The notes under the pieces are model-generated. The model made no database searches and was not told the DNA's origin. It saw only the letters and a program-made list of their open reading frames with translations. A program made the translations under genes and the position numbers. 64,000 bases of DNA from Chiloscyllium plagiosum (Eukaryota), in NCBI RefSeq assembly GCF_004010195.1, contig NC_057718.1, positions 22,860,952 through 22,924,951 of the forward strand, read 5' to 3'. Of the stretch, positions 1 through 13,199 are shown piece after piece (within the stretch, counting starts at the first letter, position 1; the number at the start of each line of letters is the position of its first letter).

Positions 1-345
1 AGAATTCGCCTTTATACTTTGTCCCAGCTCTGTCTGGTTGTGTTTTACCTCTGTCCAGTCTCTGTCGGACATCTCTCCTACATTTGCCCCATATGTACAG
101 AAAATCATCAACCTTTATACACATCCAGTATTTACATTTCACTTTTGTACAATAAACAGAAATGTTCCATCCTAGGTCTTTCTCTTATCCTGTTTACAGG
201 AATCTGTTTGTACTCTAGCTTGTTCTGAACGTTAAGCCAGGTCTTTGGGTGTTCAAGGTTCCTCTGCAGCCGCTTCTGCTAATGTATACCCATAGGGTGT
301 TCAAGGTTTATTCCTGTATGAGCTTGTCTTATTCCTGTTGGAACA
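1..345 (-). mobile_element. Possible LTR U3 region (ERV/LTR retrotransposon), cut by the window edge
   Basis: Minus strand begins TG at 345. Internal direct repeats gggtgttcaaggtt (247-260, 295-308) and cctttatac (9-17, 112-120). TATAAA-like motif on the minus strand near 11-16. Confidence 0.3.
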
Positions 346-354
346 TCTTATAAT

Positions 355-425
355 GAAATGTCGATTCTCCTGCTCCTTGGATGCTGCCTGACCTGCTGCG
401 CTTTTCCAGCAACACATTTTCAGCA
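355..425 (+). mobile_element. Short PLE terminal fragment (family A), truncated within the hammerhead
   Basis: gaaatgtcgattctcctgctccttggatgctgcctgacctgctgcgcttttccagcaacacattttcagc matches the copy at 44898-45016. Confidence 0.8.
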
Positions 426-462
426 ACACCCTCCACCTCCCCCCAACGCGGTAACTCTGACT

Positions 463-767
463 TTAGATTAGATTAGATTACTTACAGTGTGGAAACAGGC
501 CCTTCAAGGGGCCCAACAAGTCCACACCGACCCACTGAAGCGTAACTCACCCATTCCCCTACATTTACCCCTTTTCCTAACACTACGGGCAATTTAGCAT
601 GGCACATCTTTGGACTGTGGGAGGAAACCGGAGCACCCGGAGGAAACCCACGCAGACACGGGGAGAATGTGCAAACTCCACACAGTCAGTCGCCTGAGTC
701 GGGAATTGAACCCAGGTCTCTGGCGCTGTGAGGCAGCAGTGCTAACCACTGTGCCACCGTGCTGCCC
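463..767 (-). mobile_element. HE1-type tRNA-derived SINE
   Basis: Minus-strand A box TGGCACAGTGG and B box GGTTCAATTCC, conserved core, CR1-like 3' end and (TCTAA)n tail. Confidence 0.92.
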
Positions 768-2397
768 ACACTTCTTGCACATTAATTTCAATAATGTTTT
801 TACTGGCTACTCTGCCTTTAAGGCTAAGCCCTGAGCTGTAGAATTCCCTCCCTAAATGTTTCTCTCTCTTGCTGTACTGCTCCTTGATGCCTACAGCTTT
901 AAACAATACTTCAGTCACTTGTTTTCATGCTCCTTTGATGTGGCCCGATGTAACATTTGACGTATAATAGCTCCTATTTAGCCCCTATGAACACCTTACC
1001 ATCTTCAAGGTATTGGGTAAATGTCAACCACAGGCAGAAAGTTGAGAATAACAAATGAAGCAAGAATGGTGGAATTTTACTCCTTTCAGTCAATGGTAAA
1101 TACTCAATGAATCATATGCTTGACTGTCTCAGTCTTCTGAGGGATAATGATTTCAGGTCAGATCACAGCATTACTGTCATGCTTTACATCAAATGTCCAA
1201 TTCAGGAGAAATAAGCATGATATACACAATCTGAGCTGACTTGACCAACTTCATGGTGAGTGAGCAGAAATTTTATCGGAACAGTATTTTGATGCAAAAT
1301 GAAGGTCTATGTGAAACAGCCAGAGGTGCAATAAAACCTCTGGTACATACAGCTCTTGAAGTGCACAGTTGGTAAAGTGTGTTATTCCAATATACTAAAC
1401 TAAGGGGCAAAACATTCTGTCAAGTGCACCACATGACAGAATTCACTGAAACCATGACAGTGCCAGTAGCAGATTAAAAAAAGAAAGAAATCTGGTATCA
1501 CTAGTTTTGAGAATGTTGAAAAACGCAAATGTTGGCAGCTGAGTGTGGGAGAAGGAGAAAGATAGGATATTCCAGCTGTTGATGTGGGAATTGGATAGGG
1601 CTACACAAGGAAAAGAGATTGTGAAAACCAGAAAAAAATGGAAGTTCTATCAAAAAAAAGAGGTAAATTAAAAGAGTATCAGATAAGACGTTCCTAATTC
1701 CAAAAACAGAAGTAAAATCAAATATCACAATGCAGTCCGAAATAATTCTGAAGAAAAAGCAATTTTCTGAATCATTTTTTCCAGAAATGTTGCCAAACAC
1801 GTTGCATGCTTTTGCTATATTTTTAAAATCTTGATTCTGTTCAATTAATTGTTTTTATTCAGTTATTTTTCAGGCAAAGGTAGCAGTTATTTCACATGAT
1901 ACAGCGATGACTAGTTCGTCTACTTGTGCAGTATTCGTGTCGTATGTAACACTGGGAGAACACACTTAATTCAGTCACATGCACTTTATCAAGATTCTAT
2001 AAGATCAGAGCAAGCATACTGCATCGACTTAATGTCTTAGCTAAAGAATGGCATCTCTAGCAATACTTCCAAATACTCTTCTGCAGGCACAATTTGAATT
2101 GGAAATTAACCAGCAAGTGACCCATTAAAAATATCAAGTGGTTGAAGATTAACAGTGTTCATTGAGGATGTCATAAAGGTAAATTAAGAGACACTTAAAG
2201 AGCCTCAAAGAAAAGTCACCCAGGAGATGCATTGAAACTAAGATCAAATGACGCCAATCAGTTAAACTATCACAGAACATCATAAATCGACAACTGAATC
2301 AGAAAGTGCTGGGAATGTTCAGCAGGTCCAGCAGTATCTGTGGAGAGTGAAAAACAGAATAAATGTTTTATGAATTTTCATAACACATTAATGTAAA

Positions 2398-4030
2398 AGG
2401 AATAACAGGGGATGCTGGAAATCTGAAATGAAAACAGAAATTGCTGGAGAAATGCAGCAGGTCTTGCAGTGTCTGTGCAGTAAAATCAAAGTTAACATTT
2501 CGCATCCAGTAACCCTCCTTCAGAACTGTTAGTAGCTAGGAAAAGGTAGCTTGTATGCTGGAGACAGGGGGATTGGGAAGGGGGTAAATATGTGAGCAAA
2601 TAGGTGGAGATGGAGACAGAAGGATGCATCTCAGTCAGCCAAAGAGAATGAAAAGGTGAAAATAGGGAGCTTAAACAGGTGGAAATGGGTTGGTTGTGCT
2701 GAAAACGGTCTATGCCATGATAAACCTGGGGTGTAAGGGTGGTAAAGGACTTAGAGGAAGGCATTCTGCTTCTAAAATTATTGACCTTGATACTGAGTCC
2801 TGAAGGCTGCAGGGTCCCCAAGTGGAAATTGAGATGCTGTTGTTCCAGGTTGGACTGAGACTCGCTGGAGTACTGCAGCAAGTACTGCAGTGAGACAGAA
2901 ATGTAGGTGTTCTGCAAAGCAGTCACCAAGTCTGCATTTTATCTCCCCAGTGTAGTGGAGACCAGATTGTGAGCAGCGAATACAGTAGATTAGATTGAAT
3001 GAAGTGCAGGTAAATCGCTATTTCACCTGGAAGATGTGTCTGGAGCCTTGGATACTGAGAAGGGAGGAAGTAAATAGGCAATTGTTATACCTTCTATGAT
3101 TGTATGGGAAGGTGATGTATGGGAATGGGAGATATTGAGAATGGAGGAGGGTTGATGCCCTGGAGGGAATGGTTCCTGTGAAATGCTGACAAGAGAGGAG
3201 AGAAGAATATGTGTCTGATGCTGTCATCCTCCTGGAAGTGGCAGAAATCCCGGCTTATGATTCTTTGGATGTTAATGCTGGTGGGGTGGTAAGTGAGCAC
3301 CAAGGGAACAATTGCAATGTTGTGGAGGGAAGAGAAGGGGTGAAGGCAGAAGTGCAGGAGATGGGTCAGGCATGGCTAAGGGCCCTGTGGGGATTCCTTG
3401 GTTGAGAAAAAGGATGGACATTTCTGAGGCTGTCTGGCAGGAGGTGGCATCATCAGAACAGATGTGATGGAGTCAAAGAAACTGGGAGAATTGAATGGAG
3501 TCTTTACAGGAGGTAGGGTGTGAGGATGCATAGTCAAGATAAGTGTGGGAGTTGGTAGGCTTGTAATGGATATCGGTGGCCAGCCTAGCACCAGAAATGG
3601 AAACAGAGATGTCAAAGAAGGGAAGATAAGAGTCAGAAAGGGACGAGGTGAAGGTGAGGGCAGGTTGAAAATTAAAAGTGCAATGGATAATTTTTTTCAG
3701 TTCTGAACCAAGGAGGGAAGCAGCACCAATGATGTCATCGATGCACCAGAGAAAGAATTGTGGGGACAGAATGAATGGGATTGGAGCAAAGGATGTTCCA
3801 TGTACCCCACAAAGAGACAGGTATAACTGGGGCCATTGCAGGTACACATGGCCACATCTTTGATCTGAAGTAAGCGAAAAGAATTAAAGGAGATATTGGT
3901 GATGGATGGGGACAGTTCAGATCTGCTTTCCAAGTAGATGGGAAAAACCCTGAGACTATTCTGATGGAGTGAATGAGTAGAGTGCTGGATCTTGATATTG
4001 ATTTCCAGCATCTGCAATGTTCTTTTATAA
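2398..4030 (-). mobile_element. Degenerate Penelope-like element (RT + GIY-YIG endonuclease + terminal repeat with hammerhead motif, family B)
   Basis: ORF 3473-3847 has RT-like WCIDDI, LPFFDISV and DIHYKPTNSHTYLDYASSHP. About 2940-3015 reads FTCTSFNLIYCIRCSQSGLHYTG (GIY-YIG). Terminus 2400-2527 reads on the minus strand agtt-ctgaagg-a-gggtt-actg-gatgc-gaaa-tgtt-aact. A short inverted tail lies near 4000-4025. Confidence 0.88.
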
Positions 4031-4050
4031 TCTATAGTGAGTATACTATG

Positions 4051-4830
4051 GTGCCAATGATGCAAGATGGCGGCGGAGTAGGACCCTCCAGCCAGAGTTT
4101 GCCTGGTTTGCCCTTCTTCTTCTTTTCTTCTTTTTTTCTTCCTCTTAGTGATTTTCTTTGTTCCTCTCCTCCTCCTTTTTGTTCTCTTTGATTCCTGGCC
4201 TCCAGCAATGATTCCCAGCCTCTGGTGACAATTCCTGACCCCAGTGAGTGACAATTCCCAGCCTCTGTGGATGATTCCTGGCCTCAGGCGATGATTCCCA
4301 GCCTCCCCTGGTGCAGTGGCCTCCCATTGCAGCCTCCTGGCCTGACATAGCCAACCTTCTGGTCACCCATTCTGGCCTCCTGTGTTGGCATGGTGACCTC
4401 TCAATCTGGCTCTGTGGCAACTTTCCGTAGGGCCCTCTTTCTCTGATGCATCAAAGACATCATTGGTGCTATTTCTCTCCTTGGTCCAGAATTGAAAAAC
4501 ATTATCCATTGCACTTTCAATTTTCACTCTGGCCTCACCTTCACCTGTTGTATGATAACCTCCTGGCCTGGCCTCCCATTGTATTCCCAGCATGGTGTGG
4601 AGCCAGGGCAAGTGTGGGCTGGAAGCTCAGTGCCAGTGTGGTCTGCTGTACTGAACTTTTAATTCTGTAATGATGGACCTTTTATTTCTGTATTGTCTAA
4701 GTCACGTAATTAAAAAACCTGTGCCTAGGTACTTTTGTATCTAAGGGTTGGCATTGTAATTAGCAACATATACACTCTTCACTTTACTCATTGAGTATAT
4801 GTGACAATAGAGGCATTCTATTCTATTCTA
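4051..4830 (+). mobile_element. Non-autonomous LINE-derived element, possibly Rex1/Babar-type
   Basis: 5' caagatggcggc motif, pyrimidine tract, internal ~20-bp tandem repeats (4195-4310), 3' gtgacaatagaggc followed by (attct)n. No RT ORF. Confidence 0.45.
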
Positions 4831-5952
4831 TGAGCAGCATTAACACCAATACTAATTTGAGAAAGCAAGTAGATTTGGGCTATGGTTATCCTGGGATTTG
4901 ATTATAAATAAAACTGATTAATAAGGAGTTTAGGAAAGGTTTTAAAAATGTAGAAATAAATGTGACTGTAGTGAGGGAAAGAACACAAGTTAATACAATT
5001 CTGTTAAGTGGATTAGAAGTACAACATTTCTCAGCCAGAAGCTCCTTGACATTTTGAAGAAATTTTGATTAAAATAGTGGTCAGAGGAATGTCTTACATC
5101 CATTTTCTGCATCTTTCCAATAATTTCTCCAATGTAATTTTCACCATCAAGAATGATATTGTTTTATCAATCTTGTAATTTTGACTACATTTGTGATTCG
5201 GGGCTAATGATTCAGAGATTGCAATTGTAAAAAAGATGGGATCTGGTAAAACATTTTTGCGAGAGATGGTATTGGGGCAGATGGGCGTATGTGTGCTGTT
5301 ATTGAAAAGACACAGAAAAGACCAGTACACACCAAAAGCAAAAGCAATATAATTAAAAGAGAAGAATTGCCAAAGGGCTTCAAATGCAGCTAAAATGAAA
5401 TCTTTGTTCTAGGCGTAACTGTGTACATTGATTTTAATAACTATTGACCATAGCTACATCCACTATTCTCTTCTCAGTACTTGCTGTTAATGATGTGAGA
5501 ATGCCCTGTCACTGGTTAGCGTGATGTTTGGTTCAGAAATCTTTTATCAGGATGAAGATTGGTGTTTGGATTTTTAGTTTAAAGCAATTCTTCTTTTCTT
5601 CTTGAAATTGATATATTGACTCAGTGTTACTTACATTTTCTAATTGCATTTACTTTCTGCCGTATGTGCAGTTTTTAAAGAAAGATAGTAACAATTATGC
5701 TTTTGTTTCACATGAAATTTTTCATTTGTCTTTTCATCCCCTCCTCACTGTTTGCACTTCCTTTTATCTTTTCCACAATGTTTGCATTTTACTGAAGCTC
5801 TTTGTATTGTTTGTTTTCTAGTTAAGGGTTTGCATTTATCAATGTTGAAGACTATCTTACTGCATATTCCCTAATTTTGAAAAATGAGAAAAACTCCATT
5901 TATTTGAGTTAAATTCCAGAGTCACGTATACATTTCAAAGCATAAATTTTGC

Positions 5953-6168
5953 AAAATAAAAACCAAAAGAACTGCAGATGCTGTATATCAGAAACAAAAA
6001 CAGAATTTGCTGGAAAAGCTCAGCAGGTATAGCAGCATCTATGAAGAGAAATCAGAGTTAACGCTTCGGGTCTGGAGGAAAGGTCATCGGACCCAAACAT
6101 TAACTCTGATTTCTCTTCACTGACGCTGCCAGATCTGCTGAGCATTTCCAGCAAATTCTGTTTTTGTT
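5953..6168. mobile_element. Inverted pair of PLE termini (family B), palindromic insertion
   Basis: 5993-6070 is the reverse complement of 6092-6168. The left arm has an extra ~40-nt extension. Flanks cataaattt at 5941-5949 and 6169-6177. Confidence 0.85.
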
Positions 6169-6185
6169 CATAAATTTAGTGATCT

Positions 6186-6494
6186 AGATTAAATTACTTA
6201 CAGTGTGGAAACAGGCCCTTCGGCCCAACAAGTCCACACCAACCTGCAACCCACCCAGACCCATTCTCTTACATTTATCCCTTCAGCTAACACTACGGGC
6301 AATTTAGCATGGCCAATTCACCTAAACTGCACATTTTTGGATTGTGGGAGGAAACCGGAGCACCCGGAGGAAACCCACGCAGACACGGGGAGAATGTGCA
6401 AACTCCACACAGAGAGTCGCCTGAGGTGGGAATCGAACCCCGGTCTCTGGCGCTGTGAGGCAGCGGTGCTAACCACTGTGCCACCGTGCCGCCC
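6186..6494 (-). mobile_element. HE1-type SINE
   Basis: Near-identical to 463-767, with A/B boxes and tail. Confidence 0.93.
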
Positions 6495-7712
6495 ACTACT
6501 CTCATTCCAAATGATTGATCTTAATGCTGAAAAATAATAGTTTGAAGAAATATCCCTCACATCTTCACTCCCATGGCTTACTACAAGTTCAGAGATATTT
6601 TCCTATTTAGTATAATTTCTGACCATTTGTGTAATCTTTCTCATAGCTGACCCTATGGTGTCTTCCCAAAAGGCTTTCTGAAAATTAAGATCTGCAACAT
6701 CTAATAGAATGGAATATTCTTCCACTTTGTTCATTTCCTCAAAACAGTTCAATCAGGTTAGTTATACAGAACTCCTTAATGCTGGTTAAGCCCTACAAGT
6801 GACCAGAAATCTAATATTTTGACCTTTAACTAGAATCTAATGGGAATTTTGCCCTCTTTCATTTCTTGGCCTAAAACTTTGAGATCATGTGAACTTCTGA
6901 CCTATGTAAGCTCAAAATGCTATTAAAAGTTAGACAATGCATTTCATCACGCATTTTTTTTTCAATAGTCTGAGTCAAATGGTGTCAGCAGATTGGTCGG
7001 CCTGCAGTGTCTTAATCTGAGATGACCATCCATGATGAGACCTTGTTAGCATAATATCTTCACAGACCATTTTCCCCCTTGAAGAATATTTGGGAAATGT
7101 TAAGAATCACTGGCTTATGAACCTGTTGAATGAGATCATGAATACTCCTTCTGTGACCATCGAGTGTTGGATTGGGACTGGAACTTGGAGGCTCCATTTT
7201 GGAGGCAATAGCAGTGCTGACTGAGTCATGAAAATCTTCATTGTGAGACCTGGCTGGAGCACTTCAATATTTAACAAGTTTCATTCTCTCTGCCAATACT
7301 TCCCAGCAATCAAGGTTCAGCTTGGAAGGCAAAGGTAAATCCCAGATTTCTTTCTCCACAATTGCGCGTCAGAAAAATAAGGTTTGCACGTGCCCTGGTG
7401 CCTGTGGAATGGAAGTACTGACTTTGATGAGCTTTTTGATAAACTGTGCACTGAAAGCAGGAAGGAGGTCTGGTAGTGCCAATGGCAGCACCAGGAGACT
7501 GGCACAGAATGACGTGGCTTTAATGGAACTCTTCCTCCTTTACTGGGTATGAGTGAAAGTGGAAAACATGTCATGCATGAAGCCTAGGACTCTCAGCAAC
7601 GTACATAACCTTTAAGTGAATACTGTTGGAATGCACTTATGATCCAACCAGGAGACCTGGGTTCAAATCCCACAGTTCCAGAGATGTGTAGCAACATCTC
7701 TGAACAGGTTGA

Positions 7713-8036
7713 TTAGATTAGATTAGATTACTTCCAGTGTGGAAACAGGCCCTTCGGCCCAACAAGTCCACACTGACCCTCCGAAGAGCAACCCACCCAG
7801 ACACATTCCCCTACATTTACCCCTGCACTGAACATTGCAGGCAATTTAGCATGGCCAATTCACCTAACCTGTACATTTATGGACTGTGGGAGGAAACCGG
7901 AGCACCCGGAGGAAACCCACGCAGACACGGAGAGAATGTGCAAACTCCACACAGACAGTTGCCTGAGGCGGGAATTGAACCCGGGTCTCTGGTGCTGTGA
8001 GGCAGCAGTGCTAACTACTGTGCCACCGTGCCGCCC
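7713..8036 (-). mobile_element. HE1-type SINE
   Basis: Full length, with (tagat)n tail at 7713-7730 on the plus strand. Confidence 0.93.
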
Positions 8037-8044
8037 AATTATGG

Positions 8045-8425
8045 AGAGTCATCAAGCTGTACAGCACGGAAACAGACCCTTTGGTCCAACTCATCCATGC
8101 TGACCAGAAATCCCACATTAATCTAATCCCATTTACCAGCATTTGGCCCATATCTCTCTAACCCTTTCCTATTCATATACCCATCCAGTTACCTTCCAAA
8201 TGTTAATTGTACCAGCATCCACGACTTTCTCTGGCATCTTATTCCTTACACACACCACCTTCTGCGTGAAAAAGTTGCCCCATTTCAATCTTTTCTCTCT
8301 CTCCTTAATTCTATGCCCTTTAGTTTTGGATTCCCCTATCCTGGGGAAAAACCTTGGAAACTTATCCTATCCATGCCCCTGATGATTTTGTAAACTTAAT
8401 ATAAGTTCATCCCTCGACCTCCTGC
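8045..8425 (-). mobile_element. CR1/HER1 LINE 3' fragment
   Basis: Reverse complement of the CR1 ORF2 end and 3'UTR seen at 20100-20439. Confidence 0.85.
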
Positions 8426-9167
8426 AGAAAATGTCTCCAAGCATCAGCATGGTCATCAATACGATGCAGTGGTGCACTTCTGGCTGCTTATTTGTGTACT
8501 CGTGCTGCCTGCTGTTTTACGGGCCCAGTTTGTACAGTGACTGAAATATAGGTACGATGCTGCCTGGTTTTGAAGTCACATGTTGCCGTTTTTACAACAG
8601 CAGTAATTCGTGGGGCACTTAAAGCTTAATTTCTTGAAATCCATCTTCATGTGACAGGTTTGACTGATGGCTTCGTGCTCAGTGTAGTTTCTCAGGGGAG
8701 TGATCCACAAAGTATGTTTTATCCTGATTGAGATAAAAGAAATGAGCTTTTTATTACCGTGACAACTCACATTTTTAGAATAATGTTTGGCAGCAGGTTC
8801 TTCTGAACTCTTTAATCTGATTAGTCGTAATTAGAGCGCCTAATCCTGATTTATCTTTTCTTTTCTATAATCATGCATGTGGAGACAAAGGCACAATCCA
8901 GAGGTGCAGAGAGCACTCCAGAGCCACGGACAAGTGACCAGAGTTGATCAGATCTATAGGCTGAAAATCATCTGGGTTATCAGAGCCAGGACTGGTTATG
9001 TCTTCAAGCTTTCTGTAAGGGTCACTGGAGAACTCATTATCTCTTCCTCATTTCAGGGCACTACTGCAGTCCTGAACCACATCCTGTCGAAACTACACTG
9101 ATTCAGGCCTGGTCCAAGGATTGAATTGGAATTCACCTTGAACTGTACAACTCAACAAGCTTCAAGA

Positions 9168-9990
9168 CCATAAGAAATAGAAACAGGAATTGGCTGTTCT
9201 GGCCCCTGAGTCTCCTCCACCATTCAATAGAGTCATTGCTGATCTGACACCCCTTACGTCCACTTTCTTCACCATAACCTTTGATTCCCCTCCTGATTAA
9301 AATCTTTCTATCTCAGCCTTAAATACACACTCAGAACATGCCCTTACAGCTCTCTGTGCAAAGAGTTCCAACGACTCGCAATTTTCTGAGAGACAAAATT
9401 CCTCCTCATCTCAGTTTTAAAATTGAGGCCCGTTTATTCTAAGATGATACCCTCTGGTCTTAGACTCTCCCATGAGGAGAAACATCCTCTCAGCATTCAC
9501 CCTGTCAAGCCCCTGAAGAATCCTATGATTCAAAGACAGCATGGTGGCTCAGTGGTTAGCATTGCTTCCTCACAATGCCAGGAATGCAGGTTTGATTCCA
9601 AACTCGGGTGCCTGTCTGCTTGCACATTCTGCCTGTGTCTGTGTGGGTTTCCTTCCACAATCCAAAGATGCGCAGGTTAGGTGAATTGGCCATGCTAAAT
9701 TGCCCATAGTGTTAGGTATGTTAGTCAGGTGTAAATGTAGGGGAATGGGTCTGGGTAAGTTACTCTTCAGAGGGTCGGTGCAGACTTGTTGGGCTGAAGG
9801 ACATGTTTCCACTCTGTAGGGAATCTAATCTAAAAAAAGCAATCACCTTTCATCTGAATTCCAATTAGTACAGTTGCAAACTGTTCAACTTGCATTCATG
9901 AGACGATCCTTCAATACTAGGGATCATCCTGGTGAATCTTCTCTCAACTGCCTCCAATGAAACAATGTTCTTTTTTAAATAAGGGACCCA
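9168..9990 (-). mobile_element. CR1-type LINE 3' fragment (second family) split by a SINE
   Basis: ataagaaatagaaacagg-type tail and decayed ORF2 end. Interrupted at 9535-9832. Confidence 0.75.
9535..9832 (+). mobile_element. HE1-type SINE (older, internally deleted)
   Basis: A box tggctcagtgg, core ccaaagatgcgcaggttagg, tail aatctaatcta. Confidence 0.88.
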
Positions 9991-10028
9991 GCTATTAACC
10001 AGGGTGACAAAACCACCAGACTAACTGC

Positions 10029-10378
10029 AGGGTAGCATGTTGGCTCAATGGTTAGCACTGCTAACTCACAGCACCAGGGGTGCAGGGTTCAATTCTAGCC
10101 TCAGGTATCTGTCTGTGTAGAGTTTGTACATTCTCCCCATGTCTATGTGAGTTTTCTCCGGGTGCTCTGGTTTCCTTCCACAGTCCAAAGAAGGGCAGGT
10201 TAGCTGGATTGGCTGTGTAGTGTTCAAGGATGTGTTGGCTAGTTGGATCAGTTATGCAAAATGCAGGGTCACAGGGGTAAAGTAGGGGGGGGGTCTCAGT
10301 GGGATACTCTTCAGAGGGTCAGTGTGGTCTCAATGGGCTGAATGGCCTGCTCCCACACTGTTGGGATTGTACGATTCT
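10029..10378 (+). mobile_element. HE1-related SINE variant
   Basis: tRNA-like head, same core, CR1-like end gggctgaatggcctgct. Confidence 0.85.
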
Positions 10379-10379
10379 A

Positions 10380-10522
10380 AGAACCCAGCAAAACGCAGCA
10401 GATGGCAGAAATCTGACATGGAAGCAGAAAATGCCTGGAGTGGGGGGGGGGTGCCTCAGCAAGTCTGTGAGATCTGTGGAGAGTGAAATGCAGCTAATAT
10501 TTCAGGTCTTCCATCAGAATTG
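10380..10522 (-). mobile_element. Decayed solo PLE terminus
   Basis: gcagatggcagaaatctga...ctcagcaagtctg...atctgtggagag...tttcaggtcttccatcagaa resembles the family B terminus. Confidence 0.6.
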
Positions 10523-11539
10523 AGCATAACGCATTTCTGGAAACATTCTTATCAGAATCAACTATAATCAACTACGTGAGGCATAAACCATTTTCAAACT
10601 ATTCATTTCATCTCCTTGCCGGAAGCACTGACTCATGTCACTCCCCATCCACTATTGGTATTTTGGTGGAAGGTCTGTGTGCTAGGGACTGTTTTTATTG
10701 TTTTTTTTGTTGTATTATTTATAAACAGCTAGGAGCTCATTGTTATGCGAGTATATATCCATTAGGCATGCTTACATTTCAATCCTGTGTTGACTAACAA
10801 TGTTCTGTATCAGTAACAACCAAGCCATCAGTGACCAGGGAAACCAAATGAAATATACATAATAAAGCTACCATATTTTGAGTCTAAAATGTGGTTATTT
10901 CTAATTTACAAGAATCAGGTGAAATAAAATTGTGATAGTGTGCATGTGTAAGTAAAACCCAAACACCTTAATTTAATGATGAATTACATTGGAGGAAAAA
11001 TCAACACAAATTAGTCCCAGAGAAAAAAAAAACTGAATGTATCATATGAAAAGGAAATGCTCAATGAAGCACTGAATGCACAGCTCCAGTATATAATGGG
11101 CTGCTGATGTCCTAGAGACATTTAAAAAGTTAAAACAAAAATGTATCCTAATATTTAGGAGCTTTCTGAAAGACAACGAAGAAGGAAGTGTCAGCTATTT
11201 CCTTTTGTGGACGAGGTTACATTGGTTTAATGTCTGCAGGGGAATGATTGAAGACCAAGCTGAAGCCCAGACAAAATTTCTGAACACCCCACTCATTTCC
11301 AGACAAAGTTAAATCATCAAAGCTATTAATATGAGAATCAAGGTCTGAGGCAGAAATTAGGTGCACCTGTTGAGAATTTCCTAACGTAACAAGTTGGGAA
11401 AATTTAGCCATAAGATGTAATTTCATGGACGTGTAAAAGGTTGCTAGGTTTGCTCACCTGAGGCTACACACACTCCAGTGAGCAAACAAAGTTGGAAATT
11501 GTTATCACCGTTCATCATGGTGTAAGATTAAATCTGGTG

Positions 11540-12760
11540 TTTTTTATTCATTTGTGGGATCTGGCTGGCCAGCATTTATTGCACAGCCCTAGTTGTTCTT
11601 GAGAAGGTGGTGGTGAGCTGCCTTCTTGAATCGCTACAGTCCACCTGCTGTGGGTAGACCACAATGCCATTCGGGGGTCGTTGCAGGATTTTGACCAAGC
11701 ACCATGGAAGGAACAGTGATATATGTCTAAGTCAGGCTGCTGAGAAGCTTGATGGGGAACTTGAAGGTAGTGGTGTTCTCATGTATCTGCTGCCCTTGTC
11801 CTTCTTGATGGAAGTGCTCGTAGGTTTAGAAGAGCTGTCTGAGGATTTTTGGTGAATTTCAGCAGTTCATCTTGTAGGGAGTACACACTGCTGCTACTGA
11901 GTGTTGGTGGTGGAGGGAGTGGTTGCATATGGGCGGCATGGTGGCTGGGAGGTTAGCACTGCTGCCTCACACCGCCAAGGACCAAGGTTCGATTCCAGCC
12001 CAGGTGACTGTCCGTGTGGAGTTTGCACATGCTTCCCATGTCTGTGTGGGTTTGCTCCAGGTGCTCCGGTCTCCTTCCACAACGTAAAGATGTGCAGGTT
12101 AGGTGAATTGGCCATGCTAAATTGCCCCTAGTGTTCTGGGTTGTTTAGGTTAGGTGCATTAGTCAGGGGTAAATATAGGATTATAGGGTAGGGGAATGGG
12201 TCTGGGTGGGTTACCCTTCAGAAGATTGGTGTGGATTTGTTGGGCTGAAGGGCCTGTTTCCACACTGTAGGGATTCTATTCTATTCTATGGCTGTGGTGC
12301 TATTCAAATGGGTTGCTTTATCTTGGATGATATCAAGCTTCTTGAGTGTTGTTGGAGCTGTACCCATCCAGATACTCCATCACACTCCTGATGTATCGTG
12401 GGGAGGGTGGACGGGTTTTGAGGAGTCAGGAGGTGAGTTACTTGCCACAGTATTCCTAGCCTCTGACCTGCTCTTGTAGCCACTTTTTATGTGGTGAATC
12501 CAGTTGAGTTTCTGGTTAATGATAACCCTTCAGGATGTTGACAGTGGAGGATTCAGTGATGGTAACACCATTAAATGTCAAGAGGCAGTGGTAAGATTGT
12601 CTCTTACTGGTGATAGTCATAGGCTGGCATTTATATGGTATGAATGCTACTTACCATCTGTCATCCCAAGACTGGATATTCTCCAGATCTTGTTGCATTT
12701 GGACATGGTCTGCTTCAATATCTGACAAGTTGTGAATGGTGCTGAACATTGTCCAATCAT
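11540..12760 (-). mobile_element. CR1/L2-group LINE ORF2 C-terminal part and 3' end, split by a SINE
   Basis: Minus strand translates to ATRAGQRLGILWQVTHLLTPQ...RSVMEY...APTTLKKLDIIQDKA and RFKKAAHHHLLK, then aataaatgctggcc. Confidence 0.78.
11931..12289 (+). mobile_element. HE1-type SINE inserted in the LINE
   Basis: Head gggcggcatggtggc, B box ggttcgattcc, (ttcta)n tail. Confidence 0.92.
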
Positions 12761-13199
12761 GCTGCTATCATCCTCTTTCCTCATTGCGATCTACATAGCT
12801 TGGTGGATCTACTCTGGTAAAGGACAACTGCCTGGTACCCTTACAAAAAGAGACTCATGTCCTCAATAAGATTGGTTTATTATATGATAGCAACTATGAA
12901 CAGGTCACATAGGTGTGATAGATATTGTGATTGAGACTATGAGAGAGATTACAATTTTAGATCTTAAATCCATTGAAATCATATCAGGCAATGTTTAATG
13001 CATGCCTCAGCAGTAACCATTTCAGGCTCATGTCCTTTTAGACAACAAAGCCTACAGGCTGTAGACACTACTGGAGTACCTAAAGCCTTAGGTTGACAGG
13101 TAAAGTTGCTGAGTATCCAACTGGTCAACTTTCAACTTAGTTTAGTATACTTCAAATCTTTGAACAATGGCCTGGATGTTTTTTACTGGCCAGACAGTC

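Noticed and set aside
610-834. Recurrent ORF MDCGRKPEHPEETHADTGRMCKLH (also 6205, 7879, 17444, 31787)
   Set aside because: Antisense translation of the HE1 SINE core, not a gene family.
3697-4254. 185-aa ORF with a K/R-rich segment
   Set aside because: Chimeric read-through of a pyrimidine tract of one repeat into frameshifted PLE RT sequence.
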